A stretch of DNA of 64,000 nt from Mobula hypostoma. Lineage: Eukaryota. The position numbers and the translations under genes are program-made. The stretch is from NCBI RefSeq assembly GCF_963921235.1, contig NC_086097.1:20834001-20898000 (forward strand), given 5' to 3'. Below, piece after piece: positions 12,035-25,125 of this stretch. Below the pieces are notes generated by a model. The model made no database searches. It had not been told where the DNA came from and saw only the letters and a list, made by a program, of their open reading frames with translations. Position 1 is the first letter of the stretch; each line of letters begins with the position of its first letter.

Positions 12035-13995
12035 AAAGGTAGAATATTGGAAAGCTTTTAAAAACCTACAGAGAGCAACTAAAAGAATCACTGGGGGGAA
12101 AAGATGAAATATGAAAGCAAGCTAGCAAACGATATCAAAGTGTATATTAAAGGCTTTTTCATGTATGTAAAAAATAAAAGAGAGATGAGAGTGGATATTG
12201 GACCACTAGAAAATGAGGCCGGAGAAATAATAACAAGGAGATGGCAGATGAATTAAATGAGTATTTTGCATCAGTCTTCACTGTGGAAGACACTAGCAGT
12301 GTGCCAGATGTTGAAGGGTGTGAGGGAAGAGAAATGCGTGCAGTTACTATTACAAGGGAGAAGGTGCTCAAAAAGCTGACAGATCTAAGGATACATAAGT
12401 CACCTGGATCAGCTGAACTGCACCCTAGGGTTCTGAAAGAGGTAGCATTAGAGATTGTGGTGGCGTTAGAAATGGTATTTCAAAAATCATTGGACTCTGG
12501 CATGGTGCCAGAGGACTAGAAAATTGCAAACGTAACTCCACTCTTAAAGAAAGGAGAAAGGCAGCAAAAGGAAATTATTGACCAATTAGCCTGACCTCAG
12601 TGGTTGGGAAGATCTTGGAATCAATTATTAAGGATGAGGTTATGGAGTAGTTGAAGACACAGGACAAGATAGGACAAAGTGAGCATGGTTTTCTTAAGGG
12701 AAAATCTTGCCTGATGAACCTGTTGGAATTCTTTGAGGAGATTACAATTAGGATAGATAAAGGGGATGCAGTGGATGTTGTATATTTGGACTTTCAGAAG
12801 GCCTTTGACAAGGTGCCACACATGAGGCTGCTTAGCAAGTTAAGAGCCCATGGTATTACAGGAAAGTTACTAACATGGTCAGAGCATTGCTGATTGGAAG
12901 GAGGCAGCGAGTGGGAATAAAAGGATCCTTGTCTGGTTGGCTGCCAGTGACTAGTGGTGTTCTGCAGGGGTCGGTGTTGGGATCCCCTCTTTTTATGCTG
13001 TATATCAATTATTTAGATGATGGAATAGATGGCTTTGTCGCCAAGTTTGCAGATGATATGAAGATTGGTGGTGGGGCAGGTAGTGTTGAGGAAACAGGGA
13101 GTCTGCAGAAGGACTTGGAGAAATTAGGAGAATGGTTAAGAAAGAGGCAAATGAAAACAATGTTGGAAAATGCATGGTCATGCACTTTGGTAGAAGAAAT
13201 AAATGTGCAGACTATTTTCTAAACAGGGAGAAAATCTAAAAATCTGAGATGCAAAGGAACTTGGAAGTCCTTATGCAAAACCCCCTCCCCTTAAAGGTTA
13301 ACTTACAGGTAGAATCAGTGATGAGGAAGGCAAATGCCACGTTAGCATTCATTTCAAGAGGTCCAGAATACAAGAACAAGGATGTGATGCTGAGGCTTTA
13401 TAAGGCACTGGTGAGGCCTCACCTTGAGTATTGTGAACAGTTTTGGACTCCCTATCAAAGAAAAAATGTGCTGACATTGGAGATGGTTCACAGGAGGTTC
13501 ACAAAGATGATTCAGGGAATGAAAGGGTTATCATACGAAGAACATCTGATAGCTCTGGGCCTGTACTCACTGGAATTTAGAAGGATGAGTTGGGAGGAAT
13601 CTCACTGAAACTTTTCAAATGTTGAAAGGCCGAGACAGAGTAGATGTGGAAAGGATGTTTCCCATGGTGGGGAGTCTAGGAAAAGAGGGCACAGCCTCAG
13701 GATAGAAGAGCGTCCATTTAAAAAAGAGAGAATGAGAAATTTCTTTAGCCAGTGGGTGGTGAATTTGTGGAATTTATTACCACAGGCAGCTGTGGAGGCC
13801 AGGACATTGGGTGTATTTAAAGCAGAGATTGATAGGTTATTGATTGGACATGGCATCAAAGGTAATAGGAAGAAGACCGGGAAAGGGCTGAGGAGGGGAA
13901 AAAAGGGAAAAGAAAAAAAGAATCACCCATGATTGAATGGCTGAGCAGACTCAATGGGCAAATGGCCTAATTCTGCTCCTATGTCTTATGGTGTT
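12035..13995 (+). mobile_element. CR1-clade LINE ORF2 remnant with 3' UTR
   Basis: MADELNEYFASVFT, HGFLKGKSCL, YLDFQKAFDKVPH, KFADD and RPHLEYC motifs with several stops and frameshifts. Confidence 0.92.
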
Positions 13996-14595
13996 AGGTT
14001 AGGATAGTATTCCATGGATCCTTGAAGAATGAGGAGAGATTTGATAAAGGTTATAAATAATGAAGTGTATAGATAGAAAAGTGCAAGCAGGCTTTTTGCA
14101 CTGAGTTTGGGTGAGGCTAGAACTAGGGTTCATAGGTTAAGAGTGAAAGGTGAAATGTTTAAGGGTTCATGACGAGAAACGTATTCACTCAGAGGATGGT
14201 GCAAGTGTGGAACGAGATGCCAGCAGAACTGATGGATGTGGGTTTGGTTTCAACACTTGGATATGTACATGGATTGGAGGCTCTGCAGGAATATTGTCTG
14301 GGTGCAGATCGATGGGACTGGGCAGAATAATAGTACGACATAAACTAGATGTTTCTGTGCTGTAGTGATCAATGTGTCTATGACTCTATGTCGCCGGGTG
14401 GCTGAAGATATGAGGCAGCAGTGCACCAGCTAAGCCAATGTTCTCACCTCCAGCAGCCAACAAAGTCATTCAATAAATGCAAGTTAATATCACTAAGCAG
14501 AAAATACACAAAAATCTGCAGACAGCTAGGTCCAGGAATCCCATGATTCTAGCTGAAGGAGAGTGTCAGATTTCTTTTCATTGCCCTAATCCCTC

Positions 14596-15415
14596 CTGTA
14601 CCTAATAAAGTGGCCACCAAGCCTACATTTATGGCCTTTGGCTCCTTAATCCATCCACTTTAAGTTTTGATGTGTCATCCATTCAGAGTTGCTCTTCTGC
14701 AAACCACTGTTGTAACACGTGTTTATCTGAGTTACTGTCACCTTCCTGTCAGCTTAAGCCAGTCTGACCTTTCTCCTTTGACCACGCTCATTAATAAATC
14801 ATTTTCTCCCACAGAACTGCAACTCACTGGATTTTTTTTTCATTTTTTGACCCATTCTCTGTAAGCTCTAGAAAATGTTGTATGTGAAAATCCTGGGATA
14901 CTCAAACCTCCCTGTCTGGTACCAACAATTATTCAAAGGTCAAGGTCACTTAGATGACATTTCTTTCCCATCCTGATGTTTGGCTGAACAACAACTGAAC
15001 CTCTTGACCATGTCTGCATGCTTTTATGCCTTGAGTTGTTGCCACATGATTGGCTGATTAGATATTTGCGTTAATATTGGGCACTCACGATCGCGTAGCA
15101 ATTAGTGCAACGCTATTGCATCTCAGGGTGTTCCGGAATTCAGAATTCAATTCCGGCACAGTCTGTGAGACGTCCCTGTGGAATGTGTGGGGTTTTTCCT
15201 GTGTGCTCCAGTTTCCTCCCACAGGCTAAAGATGTACCAAGTAGGTTAATTGGTCTTTGTAAATTGTCCCATTATTAAGTTAGGGTTAAACTGGGGATGT
15301 CAGGGGTTGCTGGGGTGGTGTGGCTCGAAGGGCTGGAAGGGCCTACTCGCACTGCATCACTAAACAATTGACAGAATAAGCTAGTGAGCAGGGGTACAGG
15401 TGTGCACTGAGAGTA
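14596..15415 (-). mobile_element. Tc1/mariner non-autonomous element interrupted by a tRNA-derived SINE (about 15080-15370)
   Basis: TIR-like CCTAATAAAGTGGCCAC and the same internal sequence as 48166-48700. The SINE has A/B-box-like motifs. Confidence 0.65.
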
Positions 15416-15619
15416 TCTACTCAAAAGAACTGAAGGCGGCTTTGATTTTGGTCATTTACTTCATTGCTTGTCAAATCTTTCTGTGCGCAACTTAGCTCTG
15501 ATAGTGATAACACTGATAATTCTGTGAAAGTGACGTGCTTAAGGGGCATCAGGAGGTCAGAATGGGAGCTATACGTCTAAATGTCCCGTGGCAAAATGTC
15601 TGGCCACAAGTAGGTTTAA

Positions 15620-16240
15620 CCTTGAACACTGGCTGGTTGAATGGTGTTGCAACAACAACTCTGCACTCAACGTCAAGACCAAGGAACTGACTGTGGATTT
15701 CAGGAAGGGGCAGTCTGGAGAAGACACATCAGTCCTCACTGAGGGGTCAAGCACTGGAAGTAGTGTCAAATTCCTGCATGTCAACACATTGATGCAAACA
15801 TGAAGCAGCTACACTGGCACCTCTACTTCATTAGGAGTTTGAAGAGATTTGGTACGTCACCAAAGACTCCAGCAATTTTCTACAGACGTACTGAGGACAG
15901 CATTTTGACCGGTTGCATCACCTCCTGGTGTAGAGGCTCCAATGAACAGTATCAAAGGAGGCTGCAGACAGCCAGCTCCATGATAGGCACAACCCTCTCT
16001 ACCATCTTCAAAAGACGATGTCTCAAAAAGGTGGCATCTATCATTAAGGACTCTCATTATCTGGGACATGGCCTCTTCTACATGAAACTTTGCCGTAGAA
16101 AAATACCATCCATTATCAAAGACCCTCCCCACCCAGGCCATGCTCTTTTCTCGCTACTGCCATCAGGTAGAATGTACAAATGCCTCAGGACTCACACCCC
16201 TGTTCAAGAACAGTTACTACCCCTCACCCCTCAGGCTCTA
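15620..16240 (+). mobile_element. Rex1/Babar-like LINE RT C-terminal fragment
   Basis: LNVKTKELTVDFRK, LYFIRSLKRFG, SILTGCITSW and HPGHALFSLLPSGR motifs. Confidence 0.7.
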
Positions 16241-17116
16241 GAACGAAAGAGGGTAACTATACTCTTTGTGTTTCTGGTGTTCCCACAACCGATGGTCTCA
16301 CTTTAAGGACTCTTTATCTTGTCATTTTATACTCTTTATTTATATCTGCATTCGCACAGTTTGTTGTTCATTGATCCTGTTTACAGTTACTGTTCTATAG
16401 ATTTGCTAAGTATGCCCACAGGAAAAAGAATCTCAGGGTTGTATGTGGTGACTCAAGTAATAAACCTCACCTTTGACCTTTTCTATTATTACCATTGGGG
16501 AGGAGGTACAGGAGCCTGAAGATATGCACTCAATATTTTAGGAACAGCTTTTCCCCCTCCATTATCAGATTTCTTAATGGTCTGTAAACCCATGAACAGT
16601 AACTTACTGTTGATCTTTTGCACCCATGTGTCTATCCATGTATCCATTTATCTAGCCTTCTATTTATTTATTTTTCTGTTTATTTCTAACCTATAAAACA
16701 TTTTGTGTTGCTGTGTTCTGCTGCTGCAAAACAAATTTTACAGCAATGTCAGTGATAATAAACCAGATTCTGATTCAAATCAGAAGCTTGCTCAGGTTTG
16801 TTACCTTAAGCCCAACGGCAAGAATTGCCAGGGAAATACTGTGGGTGCTAGGATCTGAAGGTAATATGATAACCTCCATCCTTGCCTCCTCCCCCCTCCC
16901 CACCTACTGTTAAGTCACTTGGGCTATTAAAACACCAGCAATCGTAAGCAGATTCCCCAAGCTCAGAGTACTCAGTGCTGAGCAACGAGCTGGAATAACC
17001 CCAGAGCTACACTATTGTGGGCCTGGGACAGATATCACACATCCACACTGAGATCTAATATTTAAACTGCTTTCAAAACCAGTGAGGCATGGAAAGAGAG
17101 GAGATGGGATACCCTT

Positions 17117-17945
17117 AGAACCATCAAAGACTCCCTTGTACACCATCAGAAACACCTTCATGAACCCCATTAAACTCTATCCAAGACTCCATTGAATTAT
17201 CATCAGAAACCACATTGAACACCATCAGAGACCCCGTCGAACACCACCAGAGACCCTATTGAAACCAGAGACCACATTAAATACCATCAGAGGCCCCACT
17301 AAACACCATCAGAAACCCTATTGAAACCATCAGAGGCCCCATTGAACACCATCAGAGACTCCTTTGAACACCACCAGAGACCCCTTTGAACACCACCAGA
17401 CAACATTAAATACCATCAATCTGCATTAAATAGCATCAGAGACCCTTTGAACATCAGAGGCGACATCAAATACCATCAATCTGCATTAAATAGCATCAGA
17501 GACCCCAATGAACACCAGAGGCCCCATTGAACACCAGAGATCACGTTAAACTCCGCAGAAACCCTGTTGAACAACACCCCATAAAATACCATCAAAGACC
17601 TATTAAACTCCATCAGAAACCCATTAAACACCATCAAAGGCCACTAAATACCACCAAAAATTCATTAAACACCACAAGAATCTCTATTAAACACCAAAGA
17701 GACACATTAAACGCCATCAATGACCTCGTTAAACACCACTGAGATTCCAGTAAATACCATCAGAGACCTCGTTAAGCACCATCGGGGATTCCAGTAAATA
17801 CCATCAGAGATCTCATTAAACACCATCAAAGACTCGTAAACCACCACCACAGACCCTATTAAATACCATTGGGAATTCCATTTAAGTACCGTCAGAGATC
17901 CCATTAAACACAATCAGAGACCCATTTACTCTCAGGAACCCCATT
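17117..17945 (+). repeat. Degenerate minisatellite, unit about 22 bp (AAACACCATCAGAGACCCCATT)
   Basis: Directly visible tandem array of more than 30 diverged units. Confidence 0.9.
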
Positions 17946-18746
17946 TGACTATCCGATGGTCCGATTATCTGGACTGCCAGTGAAGGAGGGCCCGCTGAAA
18001 TGGAAATCGCTTTCTCCTGTAACTGTGATGGAGTTCCACAAGCAAGCCACGCACAACATCCTTCAAAGTTCGCCGCAAAGAGGCGCAGGACACCTCGCCG
18101 CCCGAAACGACACTCGGCGCTGCGCGGTGTCAGACCCGAGCGGGTGCCCCAAACTCTGACACGCGACCCTGACGGCAGTGTGAATGTGCCCGAGAGAGGC
18201 GCAGCAGCCACCGTAAGGAAGACACATAAACACACGCTCAGGTAGCCACACACCAGCGGGTCCAGTGGCCGACCCCCTTTATGAGGTTAACCTCCCTGGA
18301 AGTGGGTTTAAACGGCCGCTCGCTGACAGTACAACTCCGCTCGCCATCGCCGCGGCTCTGAAACCGGACTTTCACAGATACCGAGGGACCCGCGGAGCTC
18401 CCCCAGCAGATGGGCTGTGGTTCCGGAACCCAGCAGCGGCAGCCCCTCGTGTCTGTGCTGGAGGAACTCAACGGGTTCCGCAGCATCTGTGGAGGCGTGG
18501 TGGGTGCGAGGAACCGCGGACATTTCGGGTCGAGACTCTGCAGCAGGAGTTTGTGGCTTCGGGTGTCTCGCGTCCCGGGACAGTGTTTGACCAGGGGTAA
18601 TGAAACTACAGCGTGTGTAACGCGACTAGACGGAACCTCCGGTAAGATACACCGAACGCCTACTCGGCGCAGACTTTCTACCGAGCTTCATTTGAAAGAA
18701 CTTACTTTCAAGACTGAATGGGTTGCATTGCGTTAAAGGCACGTAC

Positions 18747-18884
18747 CTGTTTACCCGTGGCGCTCTCTCCCTCCTGCTGTCGTATGTCGCCGTATTTACC
18801 CGTCGGGACACCTCCGAGTAGCGCGAACAGAGCGGCGAGGGAGACGAGGAAGAGAAGCGGGACCGACTCTCGGACGAGCCGCAT
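18747..18884 (-). CDS. ISM2: Isthmin (probably ISM2), coding exon 1 with signal peptide
   Basis: ATG at 18884 gives MRLVRESVPLLFLVSLAALFALLGGVPTGKYGDIRQQEGESATGKQ (46 aa, hydrophobic signal-like core). Donor CAG|GTACGT in phase 0 joins exon 2 in frame. Lies in a CpG island. Confidence 0.8.
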
Positions 18885-19287
18885 TGCCTCGCCCCGGAGT
18901 GTGAGGGTCTGCGCGGCAAATTTTTGATGTTGGATTAAATTCGGGGAGGGGCGGAGGGAGGGGGTGTCGGTGAGTCCCTCGACGGTAGGTGTGGGTAGGG
19001 TTTTCAACGCCAAGTTTGCTTTTGGGAAATCTTCTCGGCTCAGCCTGCCTTCCTCCTCCACCGTAGGGTTCAGTAATGGTCCATATCTCACGGTCCGGCA
19101 ATTGACAGGACACCGCGTGTCGGTGTGCGCGGACCCTGCCACTAATATCCGCTATCCAAACCTCCTGGAGTACTTTAGCCGGCCGGGACAGGCGCTTGAC
19201 TCTCGCTCCTACTCTCTCCTCCTCCGCCCAGTGCACGGACACTTCTCCCCCCTCGCCGTCCGTCTCCGCTCTGCCTCCGACCCGCTG

Positions 19288-19336
19288 ATAAATAGAAGTC
19301 CAGATCAGACAGACGTCAAAGGTTTTAGTGACGTGT
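19288..19336 (-). promoter_or_regulatory. Candidate core promoter: TATA-like TATTTAT plus two CRE-like TGACGT sites
   Basis: Minus-strand CTATTTAT at 19295-19288, minus-strand TGACGTCT at 19318-19311, and plus-strand TGACGTGT at 19329-19336. About 400 bp upstream of the ATG. Confidence 0.45.
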
Positions 19337-21174
19337 AGGCGGGGGAAGAAAGCTTAAATGCTTTAAGGAGCAAGAGGCGAGAGGAGAAAGGTCAAGGGGG
19401 TTAGGGAGAGTGAAGAGGCGATTATCCCTGGGGCAAGGGGAGGGATGAGACGAGAAATGATGGTAAGACTTAAGATAAATCGGAGGAAGTCAGCCACACC
19501 AGCAGCGTGGGAAGCGGTGAACATATGGGACGTGGAATCCGAGATAGGGCGAAACAAAAAGAGTCGCACAAAGCAAGTGGGTGAGTCGGGACCGCGAGTG
19601 GGAGTTGATTCAGGTGGGGGTCCATGGACAGGAGGAAGCGACGTTAGAGCGGGAAGCGCGGAGTCGGGGTGGGGGTGGGTGGGTAGAGTTCGGGCAGGAG
19701 TCGGGAGATGTGAAGCTGGTGCTGTGAGGAAGAAAAGGGGCCGGTAATAAGGAGGGTGGAGAGAGTCAGGGACACATGTGTCCCCGGAATAAAAGAACAA
19801 AGAAAACCGCAGACTTGCAGAGCGAAACGGAAATGCGACGTACAGAAAGGAGATGGTATACGGGTGCAAACAGGAGGGGTAAGACCGCAGCGCAGCAGGA
19901 GGAGGCGGGATGGACACGGAGGCCCGGGAGTTTAAAAAGAAAGTCGGATGAACAGACGGGGTACGGGAGTGGCAAGAGCGACAGGGGTGAAAATGCCTAT
20001 TTCTCGGAGTTTAACTGGACGCTTTCCATCCGGTCAATAGAAAGCACCACGCGGGGCCACTACAAGGACAATGTGTGAGGAACTCCTGGGATCCAGGGTG
20101 CGATGCCGTCTGCAGTTCAGTCATCGAGCGCTCAGTTCCTAGTCGGGTCACCCACGGCGGTAAGGTCAAGGGGAACGCTGCAGGCAAAGAGCAATCCTAC
20201 CAATACCTCAACGGTAGAGTCGGTGAAGACGGAGGAAGGCTACGGCGTGAAGGACCCCAGGTTATCTTGCACTCCATTGGATCCTGACCCCTGTAAAGGA
20301 GCGTGTGGTGGCTGCCCGCGCGGCAACCTTCCCATTTTTAAACAGTCACGTACCGGCGTTTTCTGTCAGAGGAATGCACCCTAACATACTGTGTGGATCC
20401 TGCATCGGCCTCTACTCCCACCTCAGGACAAGCCGCAACAGGAGATCATCTTACCCAACTCGAGTGATCGCGCCGTCACAACGTGAAAGACCCCGTGGCG
20501 CTCGTTGATAGAAGGTTAGGGGACTTCTTGCGGTCCCAGCCAACAGTCACTCCTCCCCGGGGTTGGTGGAGGCTTCCAGTACGCAAAATGCCTGCCACAG
20601 TGCCTGCGTGTTAAGGCTTCAAAAGAACTTCATTGAGTGAAATGTCGTGGTAATGGTAAAAATGGAAAATGTTCTTCAAGGCTGGAGGCCGAAGGACGGA
20701 AACGAAGGTTTTGAGGGAAACAATTTATAAACGTAAGATGCTGAAAACTCCAGAGCTATACACACACACACACCCACCCACCCAAAATGCTGGAAGAACT
20801 CAGCACATCAGGTAGCATCAATGGAAATGAAAATGCAAGCAACATCTCGGCGAAGAGCCCTCATCGGGGCTGGAAAGGGAGGGGCCGAAGCCAGATAAAG
20901 ATGAGGGAGGGGAAGGAGGACCAGCTGGAGGGTGGGGGGGTAGAAGAAGCCGTTTACGTGCGGTGGGTGGGGGGAGTGAAGTAAGAAGCCGGGATGTGAT
21001 AGGTAGGAAAGGCTGGAGAAGGCGGCATAGGAGAGGAGGGTGCACCATGGACCCCATACAGATTGCAGAGGAGGGGGTGTTTGCTGTTTTGATGCAGCCA
21101 GGGTCTAACACGTTGTTCCCTCGGACCCCGTGGGAGACAAGAGCAGAAACTGCAGGAGCTCTAGCAGGAATACA

Positions 21175-22330
21175 GTATTCAAATCGTCCTTAGCGACAGG
21201 TGAGGCACCGGGGGATTGGGAGAAAACTAATGTTGTTTTGCTGTTTAAGAAGGCTCTGAAATAAACCAGGAAATTATAGGCTGGTGAGCCTGATATCAGT
21301 AGTGGGAAAGTTATGGGAGGGTATTCTAAGGGACTGGTATATGAGTGGACTGATTTGGGATAGTCAGCATAGCTTCATGCCTGGTAGGTCATCCCTAACC
21401 TATCATATAGTTTTTCGAGGAAGTTACCAGGAAAGTCGATGAAGGCAAGGCAGTGGATGTTATCTACGTGGACTTCAGCAAGGCATTTGACAAGGTCCCG
21501 CGTGGGAGGTTGATCAAGAAGATTCAGTCGTTCTGCGTTCATGCTGAGGTAGTAAAGTGGATTAAACTTTGGCTTTGTGGGAGAAAACAGAGAGTGGCAA
21601 TATATCGTTGCCTCTGACTGGAGGCTTGTGCCGCAGGTTTCGATGCTGGGTCCTTTGTTGTTTCTTGTCTATATCAATGACCTGGACGATAATGTGGTAA
21701 ACTGGATCGGCAACCTGCGGATGACCTCAAGATTGGTGGGTGTAGTGGCCAGCGAGGAAGACTATCAGCATTTGCAGCGGGATCTGGACCAGCTGGAAAA
21801 ATGGGCTGACAAACGGCAGATGGAATTTAATGCAGATAAATGCGAGGTGTTATCCTTCGGTAGGACCAACCAACATAGATGACTGGAGGACCTGATTTAT
21901 AAGGAGAGATTGAATAAATTAGGATTTTATTCCTTGGAATGTAGAAGATTAAGGAAAGATTTGATAGAGGTATACAGAATTATGTGCGGTATAGGTAAGG
22001 TAAATGAAAGCAGGCTTTTTCCATTGAAGTTGAGTGGGATTACAACTAGAGGTCATCGGTTAAGGGTGAAAGGTGAAAATTTTAAGGGGAACATGAAGGG
22101 AAACTTCTTCACGCAGAGGGTGGTGACAGTGTGGAATGAACTGTCAGCGCAAGTGGTGTGTGCGAGCTCGATTTCAATGTTTATGAGAAGTTTGGATAGG
22201 TACATGAATGGTAGGGGTATGGAGGGCGATGGTCCCGGTGCAGGGAGATGGGAGTACGCAGTTTATATGGTTTGGCACGGACTAGATGGACCAAAGGGCC
22301 TGTTTCTGTGCTATGCTTTTCTATGACATG
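21175..22330 (+). mobile_element. CR1-clade LINE fragment with internal deletion
   Basis: RT motifs (DFSKAFDKVP, YINDLDD, MEFNADKCEVL) joined to the C-terminus (GNFFTQRVV) and 3' UTR. Confidence 0.88.
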
Positions 22331-25125
22331 GGAGAAAGCGAGGGAGGAGGGGCGCTAGTGGGAGGTGACAGGCAGGTGAGGAGAAGAGAATGGGGAAGAG
22401 GAGGGCCAGAATGGGAGATTGAAGAAGACGGTAGGGGAAAATACTGGAAGATGGAGAAATTAATCTTAATTGGTCATTGTGAATTGTCCCGTGATTAAAC
22501 TGGGGTAAATCGGGAGCTGCTGGGCGGCGCGGCCCTACCCCATGCTGTGTCTTAATAGAATAAAATAGAATCGGGTTTGTGGCAACCGGGGCGAGTAGCA
22601 GTTGAGGAGCTGAAAACTGATCCCTGGGGACGGCGCTGAGGTGGAATATGAAAATGTCTGGGAATATAGGAAATGTTGTTTGTGAAGGAAACGCTTCTTG
22701 CGTCGAAGCCAAACAAAGATGGAAGGGGGACGGTTCTTTCGGGGATTTGGTAAGGGTCAGCGGGACTGCGGGTATGCATCCAGATTGAATAAACATGTGG
22801 AAGGACGTGGGCCAGCGTGCGTGGGAGTGAGAGTGTGGCGGGTCCTTCCGTTCACCAGGAGTGCCTGTTGTTGAAGTTAACCGCAAACGGCAGGTTAAAT
22901 TGCTTAGCTTAATCCGCTCGATTCTGCCTAATGTACAACTTCAGTTTAGAGCAGACAAGTGAATGAGACACAGACTGAGACGGTGGGGGTAGGATGGCAT
23001 CATCTATTGTACTTTCGATTAGGATTGGTCCACTGGAAGAACGAGATCAATTAGGCGTAAGCTCTTTTTTCAGCGAAACACATGATATGATTCAAACTAC
23101 AAGGCGCGTTTAATAGCGCTGTTACAACGTCCCCGCACACCTTTTCAATTTGCACAAAGTAGGAAACGAGACACCGATTGGCTGTCAGCAGACTCTCACA
23201 CAGCCCCGGACAGGAACGGCCAGCTGTTTCTAGGAGCTGAAAATATATTTTTTCTTTGAGCAGTTCAATTTTCTTTCAGACGCAACAGATTCTGCAGATG
23301 CTGGGAATCTTCCGCATAACATGCTGGAGAAACTCAGCAAGTCAGGCAGCATCTATGGAGGGGAATGTTTCGGGCCGAGACGCTTCATCAGGAATGTCCT
23401 GAAAATGTTCTGACGAAGGGGTTTCGACCTGAAACAATTTGTTTTCCCTCGCCCCTCACAGGTGCAAAGCGTACAAATTTATTATCGTTACTTATGTCTC
23501 TGCTTCTATGATGCTCTGTGGCTGTGATGCTGTCGCGTGCAGGCTTATCGCTGCACCTGGGCATATGACAATGAACTTGACTTTGTCGAGATGAGACCGG
23601 CTTCTCGCATTTCAAGTTCAAGTTTATCGTCATTCAACAATACACGCACACAGCTGTACGAAACGGCGTTCTTCCGGGGCCAAAGGTTGAAAACGACAGC
23701 ACACATAGTTACAATCGAATGGATACAGTCTCAAAATAATATTAGCGCAAGTCCCCGATGGCATGATCTGAAGAAAGACGGGTTGACATAACGTGCGAAG
23801 CGAATGTTCATTGTACGACAGTATAATATTCCTGGCACAATAAAACTAGCTTTTCCTTCTGCAGAATCTTTTCCCCAGGGTAGAAGCGTCAAACAGAGCG
23901 CGGGATATTAAGGTTGGAGAGGGGACGTATACAAGGGCGACCCAGGGGACATTTTGTTTCACACGGATGACTGGGAGGCGCTGGGAGTGTGTTACCAGGG
24001 GTAGTAATGGAACAGGCAGTTTGGTGGAGCTGAAACAGCTTTAAGATGCATGCGTGAATAGGAAAGGAGTGGAGAGGTATGTATTCAACACACACAAGAC
24101 GCTGGAGGAGCTCAGCAGGCCAGGCAGCGTCCATGGAAATGAATAAACAGTCGACGACCCTTCAGCAGGGCTGGGGGAAAAAAAGATGAGGAGTAGATTT
24201 AAAAGGTGAGGGGAGGGAAGGGAGAAACACAAAGTGATAGGTGCAACCGGGAGGGAGAGGGGTGAAGTAGAGAGCTGGGAAGTTGATTGATGAGGGAGGC
24301 ACCGGGCTGGAAAAAGGGGGAATGTAATAGGAGAGGACAGAAGGCTATGGGAGAAAGGAAGGAAGTTTCAGAGAATTATGTGCCAGACGCGGAGGCTGGT
24401 GGATTGGCAGGCGAGGACAAGAGGAGCCCTATCCCTGATGGGGTGAGGGCAGAAGTGCGCAAGTGGAAGAGATGCGGTTGAGGGCAGCGTTGATGGTAGA
24501 GGAAGGGAAACTCCTTTCTTTGAAGAAGGACAACATCTCCTTCGTTCTGGAACGAGAAGCCTCATCCTGAGAGCAGATGCCGCGGAGACAGAGGAATTGA
24601 AAGAAGGGGGTGGAATTTTTACAAATCACAGGGTGGGAAGTGCATAGTCCGTAACTTCCGCCATCTCCAACGGGATCCCACCATAAACCATATCTTCCCC
24701 ACCCCCCTCACTTTCTGCTTTTCATGGGGATTGCTCCCTTGTCCATTCGTCCCTCCCCACTGATCTCCCTCCTGGCAAGCGGAACAAGAGCTACACCTGC
24801 CCCTACTCCTCCTCCCTCACTACCATTCAGGGCCCCAAACAGTCCTTCCAGGTGAGGCGACACTTCACCTGTGAGTCTGTTGAGATTATGATATATTCGG
24901 TGCTCCCGGTGTGGCCTCTTGCACGTCGATGTGACCCGATGTAGATTGGGAGACCGCATTGCCGAGCACCTACGCTCCGACCGCCAGAAAAAACTTCATA
25001 TTTCCATTCCGACATGTCTATCCATGGCCTCCTCTACTGTTGCATTGGGGCCACATTCAGATTGGAGAAGCAACACCTTATATTCCGTCTGAGTAGCCTC
25101 CAACCTGGGTTGGTTCATGCCATCA

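Larger units (their letters stand above)
17990..20620. promoter_or_regulatory. CpG island spanning the isthmin promoter and exon 1
   Basis: Visibly GC-rich and CpG-dense compared with the CpG-depleted flanks. Surrounds exon 1. Confidence 0.8.

Noticed and set aside
11546..12091. Pro/His/Ser-rich 181-aa ORF
   Set aside because: Translation of the G-rich low-complexity tract.
17117..17945. CRISPR-like array
   Set aside because: Units are contiguous and degenerate with no unique spacers, and the context is eukaryotic.
17882..20508. Cluster of overlapping 60-184 aa ORFs
   Set aside because: Expected in GC-rich island DNA. Only 18884-18747 has a signal peptide, a splice donor and frame compatibility.
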